Assembly: GCF_963921235.1 (NCBI RefSeq)
Contig: NC_086097.1
Location: 138,138,001-138,202,000 of the forward strand
DNA from: Mobula hypostoma
Lineage: Eukaryota
Length of the DNA stretch: 64,000 bases
Direction: 5' to 3'
Below the pieces are notes generated by a model, which saw nothing but the letters and a program-made list of their open reading frames with translations, had not been told where the DNA came from and searched no databases. Positions 17,501-33,600 of this stretch are shown here, one piece after another; the first letter of the stretch is position 1, and every line of letters begins with the position of its first letter. A program made the translations under genes and the position numbers.

Positions 17501-17800
17501 ACTGACTGTACATAGACAGAAACTTCAGTGACACAGACTGTATACAGACATTTCACTGACACTGACTATACACAGACAGAAACTTCAGTGGTACAGACTG
17601 TACACAGATACTTCACTGACACAGACTGTACACAGACACTTCACTGACACTGACTGCATACAGACACTTTACTGACACAGACTGTACACAGACACTTCAC
17701 TGACACAGACTGTACACAGACACTTCATTGACACAGACTGTACACAGACACTTCATTGACACTGACCGTACAAAGACAGACACTTCACTGACACTGACTG
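8500..17800. repeat. Higher-order repeats of about 3.15 and 3.86 kb
   Basis: GTGGTACAG marker at 10578, 13725, 17588 (spacings 3147, 3863). ORF-track pairs 9434/12581/16444, 10867/14732 and 11618/15483. Ends approximate. Confidence 0.82.
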
Positions 17801-18699
17801 TACACAGACACACACTTCACAGTCACTGACTGTACACAGACACTTCACTGACACTGACTGCACACAGACAGACACTTCACTGACAAAGACTGTACACAGA
17901 CACTTCACTGACACAGACTGTACACAGACAGTTCACTGACACTGTCTGTACACAGACACTTCAGTGACACTGACTGTACACAGACACTTCACTGACACAG
18001 ACTGTACACAGACACTTCACTGACACTGACTGTACACAGACAGACATTTCACTGACACTGACAGTACACCGACAGACACTTCACTGACAGCGACAGCACA
18101 CAGACAGACACTTCACTGATACAGACTATACACAGACAGTTCACTGACACTGACTGTACACAGACACTTCGCTGACACAGACTGCACACACACAGAAATT
18201 TCACTGACACTGACTGTACACTGACAGACACTTCAGTGACACAGACTATTGACAGACACTTCACTGACACAGACTGTACACAGTTCACTGACACTGACTG
18301 TACAGAGACACTTCACTGACACTTACTGTACACAGACAGACACTTCATTGACACAGACAGCACACAGACAGACACTTCACTGACACTGACTGCACACAGA
18401 CACTTCACTGACACAGACTGTATACAGACAGACACTTCATTGACACTGACTGTACACAGACACTTCACTGACACAGACTGTACACAGACCGACACTTCAC
18501 TGACACCGACAGCACACAGACAGACACTTCACTGACACAGACTGTACACAGACAACACTTCACTGACACAGACTGCACACAGACACTTCACTGACACTGA
18601 CTGTACACAGACACTTCACTGACACTGACTGTACACAGACAGACACTTCACAGACACAGACAGTACACAGACAGTTCACTGACACTGACTACACACAGA

Positions 18700-21600
18700 C
18701 ATTTCACTGACACTGACCGTCCACAGACTCTTCACTGACACTAACTGTACACAGACAGACACTTGACTGACAGACTGTGCACAGATACTTCACTCACACT
18801 GACTACACAGACAAAAACTTCAGTGACACAGACTCTACACAGACAGTTCACTGACACAGACTGTACACAGACACTTCACTGACAAAGACTGTACACAGAC
18901 AGTTCACTGACAGTGATTGTATACAGACATTTCACTGACACTGACTGTACACAGACAGACACTTCACTGACACAGACTGCACCCAGACAGACACTTCACT
19001 GACACTGACTGCACACAGACAGACATTTCACTGACACTGACTGTACACCGACAGACACTTCACTGACAAAGACTGTACACAGACACTTCACTGACACAGA
19101 CTGTACACAGACAGTTCACTGACACTGTCTGTACACAGACACTTCAGTGACACTGACTGTACACAGACACTTCACTGACACAGACTGTACACAGACACTT
19201 CACTGACACTGACTGTACACAGACAGACATTTCACTGACACTGACAGTACACCGACAGACACTTCACTGACAGCGACAGCACACAGACAGACACTTCACT
19301 GATACAGACTATACACAGACAGTTCACTGACACTGACTGTACACAGACACTTCGCTGACACAGACTGCACACACACAGAAATTTCACTGACACTGACTGT
19401 ACACTGACAGACACTTCACTGACACAGACTATTGACAGACACTTCACTGACACAGACTGTACACAGACAGTTCACTGACACTGACTGTACACAGACACTT
19501 CACTGACATGTACGGTAAACCGACAGACACTTCATTGACACAGACAGCACACAGACAGACACTTCACTGACACTGACTGCACACAGACAGACACTTCACT
19601 GACACTGACACCACACAGACAGACACTTCACTGACACAGAGTGTACACAGACACTTCACTGACACTGACTGCACACAGACACTTCACTGACACTCACTGT
19701 ACACAGACACTTCACTGACACTGACTGTACACAGACAGACACTTCACAGACACAGACAGTACACAGACAGTTCACTGACACTGACTACACACAGACATTT
19801 CACTGACACTGACCGTCCACAGACTCTTCACTGACACTAACTGTACACAGACAGACACTTGACTGACAGACTGTGCACAGATACTTCACTCACACTGACT
19901 ACACAGACAAAAACTTCAGTGACACAGACTCTACACAGACAGTTCACTGACACAGACTGTACACAGACACTTCACTGACACTGACTGAACACAGACACTT
20001 CACTGACACTGGCTGTACACAGACAGACTCTTCACTGACACTGACTGTACACAGATACTTCACTGAAACAGACCACACACAGACAGACACTTCACTTACA
20101 CTGACTGTACACAGACAGACACTTCACTGACACAGACTGTACACAGACACCTCACTGACACTGTCTGTACACAGACAAACACTTCACTGACACAGATGTA
20201 CACAGACAGACACTTCACAGACACTGACCGCACACAGACACTTCACTGACACAGACTGTATACAGACAGACACTTCATTGACACTGACTGTACACAGACA
20301 CTTCACTGACACAGACTGTACACAGACAGACACTTCACTGACACCGACATCACACAGAAAGACACTTCACTGACACTGACTGTACACAGACAGTCACTTC
20401 ACTGACACTGACTCTACACAGACAGACACTTCACTGACACTGACTGTACACAGACACTTCACTGACACTGACTACACACAGACATTTCACTGACACTGAC
20501 TGTACACAGACAGACACTTCATTGAAAACTGACCGTACACAGACAGACACTTCACTGACACAGACACTTCACTGACACAGACTGCACACGGACCGATACT
20601 TCACTGACACTGACTGTACACAGACAGTTCACTGACACTGACTGTACACAGACACTTCACTGACACTGACTGAACACAGACACTTCACTGACACTGGCTG
20701 TACACAGGCAGACATTTCACTGACACTGACTGCACACAGACAGACACTTCACTGACACAGAGTGTACACAGACAGACTCTTCACTGACACTGACTGTACA
20801 CAGATACTTCACTGAAACAGACCGCACACAGACAGACACTTCACTTACACTGACTGTACACAGACAGACACTTCACTGACACAGACTGTACACAGACACC
20901 TCACTGACACTGTCTGTACACAGACAGACACTTCACTGACACAGATGTACACAGACAGACACTTCACAGACACTGACCGCACACAGACACTTCACTGACA
21001 CAGACTGTATACAGACAGACACTTCATTGACACTGACTGTACACAGACACTTCACTGACACAGACTGTACACAGAAAGACACTTCACTGACACTGACTGT
21101 ACACAGACAGTCACTTCACTGACACTGACTCTACACAGACAGACACTTCACTGACACTGACTGTACACAGACACTTCACTGACACCGACAGCACACAGAA
21201 AGACACTTCACTGACACTGACTGTACACAGACAGTCACTTCACTGACACTGACTCTACACAGACAGCCACTTCACAGACACAGACAGTACACAGACACTT
21301 CACTGACACTGACTACACACAGACATTTCACTGACACTGACCGCCCACAGACACTTCACTGACACTAACTCTACACAGACAGACACATCACTGACAGACT
21401 GTGAACAAACACTTCACTGACACTGACTGCACGGACAGAAACTTCAGTGACACAAACTGTACACAGACTGTTCACTGACACAGACTGAACACAAACACTT
21501 CACTGACACAGACTGTACAGACACTTCACAGACACAGACTGTACACAGACACTTCACAGACACAGACTGCACACAGACAGACATTTTACTGACAATGACT

Positions 21601-24600
21601 GTACACCGACAGACACTTCACTGACACAGACTGCACCCAGACAGACACTGCACTGACAGAAACTGCACAGACAGACACTTCACTGACACTGACTGTACAT
21701 AGACAGAAACTTCAGTGACACAGACTGTATACAGACATTTCACTGACACTGACTATACACAGACAGAAACTTCAGTGGTACAGACTGTACACAGATACTT
21801 CACTGACACAGACTGTACACAGACACTTCACTGACACTGACTGCATACAGACACTTTACTGACACAGACTGTACACAGACACTTCACTGACACAGACTGT
21901 ACACAGACACTTCATTGACACAGACTGTACACAGACACTTCATTGACACTGACCGTACACAGACAGACACTTCACTGACACTGACTGTACACAGACAGAC
22001 ACTTCACAGTCACTGACTGTACACAGACACTTCACTGACACTGACTGTACACAGACAGACACTTCACTGACACAGACAGTACACAGACACTTCACTGACA
22101 CTGACTACACACAGACACTTCAATGACAATGACCGCCCACAGACACTTCACTGACACTAACTGTACACAGACAGAAACTTCAGTGACACAGACTGTACAC
22201 AGACAGTTCACTGACACTGACTGCACACAGACACTTCACTGACACAGATTTCACACAAACAGACATTTCACTAACACTGACTGTACACCGACACACACTT
22301 CACTGACACAGACTGTACACAGACACTTCCCTGACACAGACTGTACACAGACAGTTCACTGACACTGACTGTACACAGACACTTCACTGACACTTACTGT
22401 ACACAGACAGACACTTCATTGACACTGACTGTACACAGACAGTCACTTCACTGACACTGACTGTACACAGACACTTCACTAACACTGATGTACACAGACG
22501 GACATTTCACTGACACAGACTGCACAGACAGACACTTCACTGACACAGACTGTACACGGACAGACACTTCATTGACACAGACAGTGCACAGACATTTCAC
22601 AGACACTGACTGAACACAGACACTTCACAGACACAGACTGTACACAGACACTTCACTGACACAAACTGTACACAGACAGACACTTCACTGACAGACTGTG
22701 CACAGACACTTCACTGACACTGACTGCACAGACAAGAAACTTCACTGACACAGACTGTACACAGACACTTCACTGACACTGAATGTACACAGACACTTCA
22801 CTGACACAGACTGCACCGACAGACACTTCACTGACAGAGACTGTACACAGACACTTCACTGACGCACACAGACAGACATTTTACTGACAATGACTGTACA
22901 CCGACAGACACTTCACTGAAACACACTGCACCCAGACAGACACTTCACTGACACTGACTGTACACAGACAGAAAGTTCAGTGACACAGACTGTATACACA
23001 CACGTCACTGACACAGACTGAACACAGACACTTCACTGACATAGACTGCACCCAGGCAGACACTTCACTGACACTGACTGTACACAGACAGACACTTCAC
23101 AGTCACTGACTGTACACAGACACTTCACTGACACTGACTGTACACAGACAGACACTTCACTGACACAGACAGTACACAGACACTTCACTGACACTGACTA
23201 CACACAGACACTTCAATGACAATGACCGCCCACAGACACTTCACTGACACTAACTGTACACAGACAGACACTTGACTGACAGACTGTGCACAGATACTTC
23301 ACTCACACTGACTACACAGACAAAAACTTCAGTGACACAGACTCTACACAGACAGTTCACTGACACAGACTGTACACAGACACTTCACTGACAAAAGACT
23401 GTACACAGACAGTTCACTGACAGTGATTGTATACAGACATTTCACTGACACTGACTGTACACAGACAGACACTTCACTGACACAGACTGCACCCAGACAG
23501 ACACTTCACTGACACTGACTGCACACAGACAGACATTTCACTGACACTGACTGTACACCGACAGACACTTCACTGACAAAGACTGTACACAGACACTTCA
23601 CTGACACAGACTGTACACAGACAGTTCACTGACACTGTCTGTACACAGACACTTCAGTGACACTGACTGTACACAGACACTTCACTGACACAGACTGTAC
23701 ACAGACACTTCACTGACACTGACTGTACACAGACAGACATTTCACTGACACTGACAGTACACCGACAGACACTTCACTGACAGCGACAGCACACAGACAG
23801 ACACTTCACTGATACAGACTATACACAGACAGTTCACTGACACTGACTGTACACAGACACTTCGCTGACACAGACTGCACACACACAGAAATTTCACTGA
23901 CACTGACTGTACACTGACAGACACTTCACTGACACAGACTATTGACAGACACTTCACTGACACAGACTGTACACAGTTCACTGACACTGACTGTACAGAG
24001 ACACTTCACTGACACTTACTGTACACAGACAGACACTTCATTGACACAGACAGCACACAGACAGACACTTCACTGACACTGACTGCACACAGACCGACAC
24101 TTCACTGACACCGACAGCACACAGACAGACACTTCACTGACACAGAGTGTACACAGACAACACTTCACTGACACAGACTGCACACAGACACTTCACTGAC
24201 ACTCACTGTACACAGACACTTCACTGACACTGACTGTACACAGACAGACACTTCACAGACACAGACAGTACACAGACAGTTCACTGACACTGACTACACA
24301 CAGACATTTCACTGACACTGACCGTCCACAGACTCTTCACTGACACTAACTGTACACAGACAGACACTTGACTGACAGACTGTGCACAGATACTTCACTC
24401 ACACTGACTACACAGACAAAAACTTCAGTGACACAGACTCTACACAGACAGTTCACTGACACAGACTGTACACAGACACTTCACTGACACTGACTGAACA
24501 CAGACACTTCACTGACACTGGCTGTACACAGACAGACTCTTCACTGACACTGACTGTACACAGATACTTCACTGAAACAGACCACACACAGACAGACACT

Positions 24601-27600
24601 TCACTTACACTGACTGTACACAGACAGACACTTCACTGACACAGACTGTACACAGACACCTCACTGACACTGTCTGTACACAGACAAACACTTCACTGAC
24701 ACAGATGTACACAGACAGACACTTCACAGACACTGACCGCACACAGACACTTCACTGACACAGACTGTATACAGACAGACACTTCATTGACACTGACTGT
24801 ACACAGACACTTCACTGACACAGACTGTACACAGACAGACACTTCACTGACACCGACAGCACACAGAAAGACACTTCACTGACACTGACTGTACACAGAC
24901 AGTCACTTCACTGACACTGACTCTACACAGACAGACACTTCACTGACACTGACTGTACACAGACACTTCACTGACACTGACTACACACAGACATTTCACT
25001 GACACTGACTGTACACAGACAGACACTTCATTGAAAACTGACCGTACACAGACAGACACTTCACTGACACAGACACTTCACTGACACAGACTGCACACGG
25101 ACCGATACTTCACTGACACTGACTGTACACAGACAGTTCACTGACACTGACTGTACACAGACACTTCACTGACACTGACTGAACACAGACACTTCACTGA
25201 CACTGGCTGTACACAGGCAGACATTTCACTGACACTGACTGCACACAGACAGACACTTCACTGACACAGAGTGTACACAGACAGACTCTTCACTGACACT
25301 GACTGTACACAGATACTTCACTGAAACAGACCGCACACAGACAGACACTTCACTTACACTGACTGTACACAGACAGACACTTCACTGACACAGACTGTAC
25401 ACAGACACCTCACTGACACTGTCTGTACACAGACAGACACTTCACTGACACAGATGTACACAGACAGACACTTCACAGACACTGACCGCACACAGACACT
25501 TCACTGACACAGACTGTATACAGACAGACACTTCATTGACACTGACTGTACACAGACACTTCACTGACACAGACTGTACACAGAAAGACACTTCACTGAC
25601 ACTGACTGTACACAGACAGTCACTTCACTGACACTGACTCTACACAGACAGACACTTCACTGACACTGACTGTTCACAGACACTTCACTGACACCGACAG
25701 CACACAGAAAGACACTTCACTGACACTGACTGTACACAGACAGTCACTTCACTGACACTGACTCTACACAGACAGCCACTTCACAGACACAGACAGTACA
25801 CAGACACTTCACTGACACTGACTACACACAGACATTTCACTGACACTGACCGCCCACAGACACTTCACTGACACTAACTCTACACAGACAGACACATCAC
25901 TGACAGACTGTGAACAAACACTTCACTGACACTGACTGCACGGACAGAAACTTCAGTGACACAAACTGTACACAGACTGTTCACTGACACAGACTGAACA
26001 CAAACACTTCACTGACACAGACTGTACAGACACTTCACAGACACAGACTGTACACAGACACTTCACAGACACAGACTGCACACAGACAGACATTTTACTG
26101 ACAATGACTGTACACCGACAGACACTTCACTGACACAGACTGCACCCAGACAGACACTGCACTGACAGAAACTGCACAGACAGACACTTCACTGACACTG
26201 ACTGTACATAGACAGAAACTTCAGTGACACAGACTGTATACAGACATTTCACTGACACTGACTATACACAGACAGAAACTTCAGTGGTACAGACTGTACA
26301 CAGATACTTCACTGACACAGACTGTACACAGACACTTCACTGACACTGACTGCATACAGACACTTTACTGACACAGACTGTACACAGACACTTCACTGAC
26401 ACAGACTGTACACAGACACTTCATTGACACAGACTGTACACAGACACTTCATTGACACTGACCGTACACAGACAGACACTTCACTGACACTGACTGTACA
26501 CAGACAGACACTTCACAGTCACTGACTGTACACAGACACTTCACTGACACTGACTGTACACAGACAGACACTTCACTGACACAGACAGTACACAGACACT
26601 TCACTGACACTGACTACACACAGACACTTCAATGACAATGACCGCCCACAGACACTTCACTGACACTAACTGTACACAGACAGACACTTCACTGACAGAC
26701 TGTACACAGACACTTCACTGACACTGACTGTACACAGACACTTCACTGACACAGACTGCAAACAAACAAACATTTCACTGACACTGACTGTACACCGACA
26801 GACACTTTACTGACACAGACTGTACACAGACACTTCGCTGACACAGACTGTACACAAACAGTTCACTGACACTGACTGTACACAGACACTTCACTGACAC
26901 TTACTGTACACAGACAGACACTTCATTGACACTGACTGTACACAGACAGTCACTTCACTGACACTGACTGTACACAGACACTTCACTAACACTGATGTAC
27001 ACAGACGGACATTTCACTGACACAGACTGCACAGACAGACACTTCACTGACACAGACTGTACACGGACAGACACTTCATTGACACAGACAGTGCACAGAC
27101 ATTTCACAGACACTGACTGAACACAGACACTTCACAGACACAGACTGTACACAGACACTTCACTGACACAAACTGTACACAGACAGACACTTCACTGACA
27201 GACTGTGCACAGACACTTCACTGACACTGACTGCACAGACAAGAAACTTCACTGACACAGACTGTACACAGACACTTCACTGACACTGAATGTACACAGA
27301 CACTTCACTGACACAGACTGCACCGACAGACACTTCACTGACAGAGACTGTACACAGACACTTCACTGACGCACACAGACAGACATTTTACTGACAATGA
27401 CTGTACACCGACAGACACTTCACTGAAACACACTGCACCCAGACAGACACTTCACTGACACTGACTGTACACAGACAGAAAGTTCAGTGACACAGACTGT
27501 ATACACACACGTCACTGACACAGACTGAACACAGACACTTCACTGACATAGACTGCACCCAGGCAGACATTTCACTGACACTGACAGTACACCGACAGAC

Positions 27601-30600
27601 ACATCACTGAAACAGACTGTACTCAGACACTTCACTGACACAAATGGTATACAGACATTTCACTGACACTGACTGTACACAGACAGAAACTTCAGTGACA
27701 CAGACTGTACACAGACACTTCACTGACTCAGACAGACACTTCACTGACACTGACCACACACAGACACTTCACTGACACAGACCGAACACAGACACTTCAC
27801 TTACACTGACTGTACACAGACAGACACCTTACTGACACTGTCTGTACACAGAAACTTCACTGACACTGACCGCACACAGACACTTCACAGACACAGACTG
27901 TACACAGACAGATGCTTCACTGATACAGACCACCCACAGACACTTCACTGACACTGCCTGCACACAGAAAGAAACTTCAGTGACACAGACTGTACACAGA
28001 CTGTTCACTGACATAGACTGTACACAGACACTTCACTGACACTAACTGTACACAGACAGTTCACTGACACTGACTGTACACAGACACTTCATTGACACTG
28101 ACTGCACACAGACACTTCAGTGACACAGATCGTACACAGACAGACACTTCACTGACACTTCATTGACACTGACTGGACATAGACACTTCACTGACACAGA
28201 CCGAACACAGACAGACACTTCACTTACACTGACAGACACTTCACTGACACAGACTGTACACAGACAGACACCTCACTGACACTGCCTGTACACAGAAACT
28301 TCACTGACACTGACCGCACACAGACACTTCACAGACACAGAGAGATGCTTCACTGATACAGACCACCCACAGACACTTCACTGACACTGACTGTACACAG
28401 ACAGACACTTCACCGACACAGACTGTACACAGACACTTCACTGACACAGACTGTACACAGACAGACTCTTCACTGACACTGACTGTACACAGACACTTCA
28501 CTGACACAGACTGTACACAGACAGTCACTTCACTGACACAGACTGCATAGAGACACTTCACTGATACTGACTGTACACGGACAGACACTTCACTGACACT
28601 GACTGTACACAGACTTACCCTTCATTGACACTGACTGTACACAGACACTTCACTGACACAGACTGCACACAGACACTTCAGTGACACAGATCGTACACAG
28701 ACAGACACTTCACTGACACTTCACTGACACTGACTATACACAGACACTTCACTGACACAGACCGAACACAGACAGACACTTCACTTACACTGACTGTACA
28801 CAGACAGACACTTCACTGACACAGACTGTACACAGACAGACACCTCACTGACACTCTCTGTACACAGAAACTTCACTGACACTGACCGCACACAGACACT
28901 TCACAGACACAGAGAGATGCTTCACTGATACAGACCACCCACAGACACTTCACTGACACTGACTGTACACAGACAGACACTTCACCGACACAGACTGTAC
29001 ACAGACACTTCACTGACACAGACTGTACACAGACAGACTCTTCACTGACACTGACTGTACACAGACACTTCACTGACACAGACTGTACACAGACAGTCAC
29101 TTCACTGACACAGACTGCATAGAGGCACTTCACTGATACTGACTGTACACGGACAGACACTTCACTGACACTGACTGTACACAGACACTTCACTGACACA
29201 GACTGCACACAGACACTTCAGTGACACAGATCGTACACAGACAGACACTTCACTGACACTGACTGTACACAGACAGACACTTCATTGACACTGACTGTAC
29301 ACAGACACTTCACTGACACTGACTGAACACAGACACTTCACTGACACTGGCTATACACAGGCAGACATTTCACTGACACTGACTGCACACAGACAGACAC
29401 TTCACTGACACAGAGTGTACACAGACAGACTCTTCACTGACACTGACTGTACACAGATACTTCACTGAAACAGACCGCACACAGACAGACACTTCACTTA
29501 CACTGACTGTACACAGACAGACACTTCACTGACACAGACTGTACACAGACACCTCACTGACACTGTCTGTACACAGACAGACACTTCACTGACACAGATG
29601 TACACAGACAGACACTTCACAGACACTGACCGCACACAGACACTTCACTGACACAGACTGTATACAGACAGACACTTCATTGACACTGACTGTACACAGA
29701 CACTTCACTGACACAGACTGTACACAGAAAGACACTTCACTGACACTGACTGTACACAGACAGTCACTTCACTGACACTGACTCTACACAGACAGACACT
29801 TCACTGACACTGACTGTACACAGACACTTCACTGACACCGACAGCACACAGAAAGACACTTCACTGACACTGACTGTACACAGACAGTCACTTCACTGAC
29901 ACTGACTCTACACAGACAGCCACTTCACAGACACAGACAGTACACAGACACTTCACTGACACTGACTACACACAGACATTTCACTGACACTGACCGCCCA
30001 CAGACACTTCACTGACACTAACTCTACACAGACAGACACATCACTGACAGACTGTGAACAAACACTTCACTGACACTGACTGCACGGACAGAAACTTCAG
30101 TGACACAAACTGTACACAGACTGTTCACTGACACAGACTGAACACAAACACTTCACTGACACAGACTGTACAGACACTTCACAGACACAGACTGTACACA
30201 GACACTTCACAGACACAGACTGCACACAGACAGACATTTTACTGACAATGACTGTACACCGACAGACACTTCACTGACACAGACTGCACCCAGACAGACA
30301 CTGCACTGACAGAAACTGCACAGACAGACACTTCACTGACACTGACTGTACATAGACAGAAACTTCAGTGACACAGACTGTATACAGACATTTCACTGAC
30401 ACTGACTATACACAGACAGAAACTTCAGTGGTACAGACTGTACACAGATACTTCACTGACACAGACTGTACACAGACACTTCACTGACACTGACTGCATA
30501 CAGACACTTTACTGACACAGACTGTACACAGACACTTCACTGACACAGACTGTACACAGACACTTCATTGACACAGACTGTACACAGACACTTCATTGAC

Positions 30601-33600
30601 ACTGACCGTACACAGACAGACACTTCACTGACACTGACTGTACACAGACAGACACTTCACAGTCACTGACTGTACACAGACACTTCACTGACACTGACTG
30701 TACACAGACAGACACTTCACTGACACAGACAGTACACAGACACTTCACTGACACTGACTACACACAGACACTTCAATGACAATGACCGCCCACAGACACT
30801 TCACTGACACTAACTGTACACAGACAGACACTTCACTGACAGACTGTACACAGACACTTCACTGACACTGACTGCACAGACAGAAACTTCAGTGACACAG
30901 ACTGTACACAGACAATTCACTGACACAGACTGCAAACAAACAAACATTTCACTGACACTGACTGTACACCGACAGACACTTTACTGACACAGACTGTACA
31001 CAGACACTTCGCTGACACAGACTGTACACAAACAGTTCACTGACACTGACTGTACACAGACACTTCACTGACACTTACTGTACACAGACAGACACTTCAT
31101 TGACACTGACTGTACACAGACAGTCACTTCACTGACACTGACTGTACACAGACACTTCACTAACACTGATGTACACAGACGGACATTTCACTGACACAGA
31201 CTGCACAGACAGACACTTCACTGACACAGACTGTACACGGACAGACACTTCATTGACACAGACAGTGCACAGACATTTCACAGACACTGACTGAACACAG
31301 ACACTTCACAGACACAGACTGTACACAGACACTTCACTGACACAAACTGTACACAGACAGACACTTCACTGACAGACTGTGCACAGACACTTCACTGACA
31401 CTGACTGCACAGACAAGAAACTTCACTGACACAGACTGTACACAGACACTTCACTGACACTGAATGTACACAGACACTTCACTGACACAGACTGCACCGA
31501 CAGACACTTCACTGACAGAGACTGTACACAGACACTTCACTGACGCAGACTGCACACAGACAGACATTTTACTGACAATGACTGTACACCGACAGACACT
31601 TCACTGAAACACACTGCACCCAGACAGACACTTCACTGACAGAGACTGCACAGACAGACACTTCACTGACACTGACTGTACACAGACAGAAAGTTCAGTG
31701 ACACAGACTGTATACACACACGTCACTGACACAGACTGAACACAGACACTTCACTGACATAGACTGCACCCAGGCAGACATTTCACTGACACTGACAGTA
31801 CACCGACAGACACATCACTGAAACAGACTGTACTCAGACACTTCACTGACACAAACTGTATACAGACATTTCACTGACACTGACTGTACACAGACAGAAA
31901 CTTCAGTGACACAGACTGTACACAGACACTTCACTGACTCAGACAGACACTTCACTGACACTGACCACACACAGACACTTCACTGACACAGACCGAACAC
32001 AGACACTTCACTTACACTGACTGTACACAGACAGACACCTTACTGACACTGTCTGTACACAGAAACTTCACTGACACTGACCGCACACAGACACTTCACA
32101 GACACAGACTGTACACAGACAGATGCTTCACTGATACAGACCACCTACAGACACTTCACTGACACTGCCTGCACACAGAAAGAAACTTCAGTGACACAGA
32201 CTGTACACAGACTGTTCACTGACATAGACTGTACACAGACACTTCACTGACACTAACTGTACACAGACAGTTCACTGACACTGACTGTACACAGACACTT
32301 CACTGACACTGACTGCACACAGACACTTCAGTGACACAGATCGTACACAGACAGACACTTCACTGACACTTCATTGACACTGACTGGACATAGACACTTC
32401 ACTGACACAGACCGAACACAGACAGACACTTCACTTACACTGACAGACACTTCACTGACACAGACTGTACACAGACAGACACCTCACTGACACTGCCTGT
32501 ACACAGAAACTTCACTGACACTGACCGCACACAGACACTTCACAGACACAGAGAGATGCTTCACTGATACAGACCACCCACAGACACTTCACTGACACTG
32601 ACTGTACACAGACAGACACTTCACCGACACAGACTGTACACAGACACTTCACTGACACAGACTGTACACAGACAGACTCTTCACTGACACTGACTGTACA
32701 CAGACACTTCACTGACACAGACTGTACACAGACAGTCACTTCACTGACACAGACTGCATAGAGACACTTCACTGATACTGACTGTACACGGACAGACACT
32801 TCACTGACACTGACTGTACACAGACTTACCCTTCATTGACACTGACTGTACACAGACACTTCACTGACACAGACTGCACACAGACACTTCAGTGACACAG
32901 ATCGTACACAGACAGACACTTCACTGACACTTCATTGACACTGACTGTACACAGACACTTCACTGACACAGACCGAACACAGACAGACACTTCACTTACA
33001 CTGACTGTACACAGACAGACACTTCACTGACACAGACTGTACACAGACACACACCTCACTGACACTCTCTGTACACAGAAACTTCACTGACACTGACCGC
33101 ACACAGACACTTCACAGACACAGAGAGATGCTTCACTGATACAGACCACCCACAGACACTTCACTGACACTGACTGTACACAGACAGACACTTCACCGAC
33201 ACAGACTGTACACAGACACTTCACTGACACAGACTGTACACAGACAGACTCTTCACTGACACTGACTGTACACAGACACTTCACTGACACAGACTGTACA
33301 CAGACAGTCACTTCACTGACACAGACTGCATAGAGACACTTCACTGATACTGACTGTACACGGACAGACACTTCACTGACACTGACTGTACACAGACTTA
33401 CCCTTCATTGACACTGACTGTACACAGACACTTCACTGACACAGACTGCACACAGACACTTCAGTGACACAGATCGTACACAGACAGACACTTCACTGAC
33501 ACTTCACTGACACTGACTATACACAGACACTTCACTGACACAGACCGAACACAGACAGACACTTCACTTACACTGACTGTACACAGACAGACACTTCACT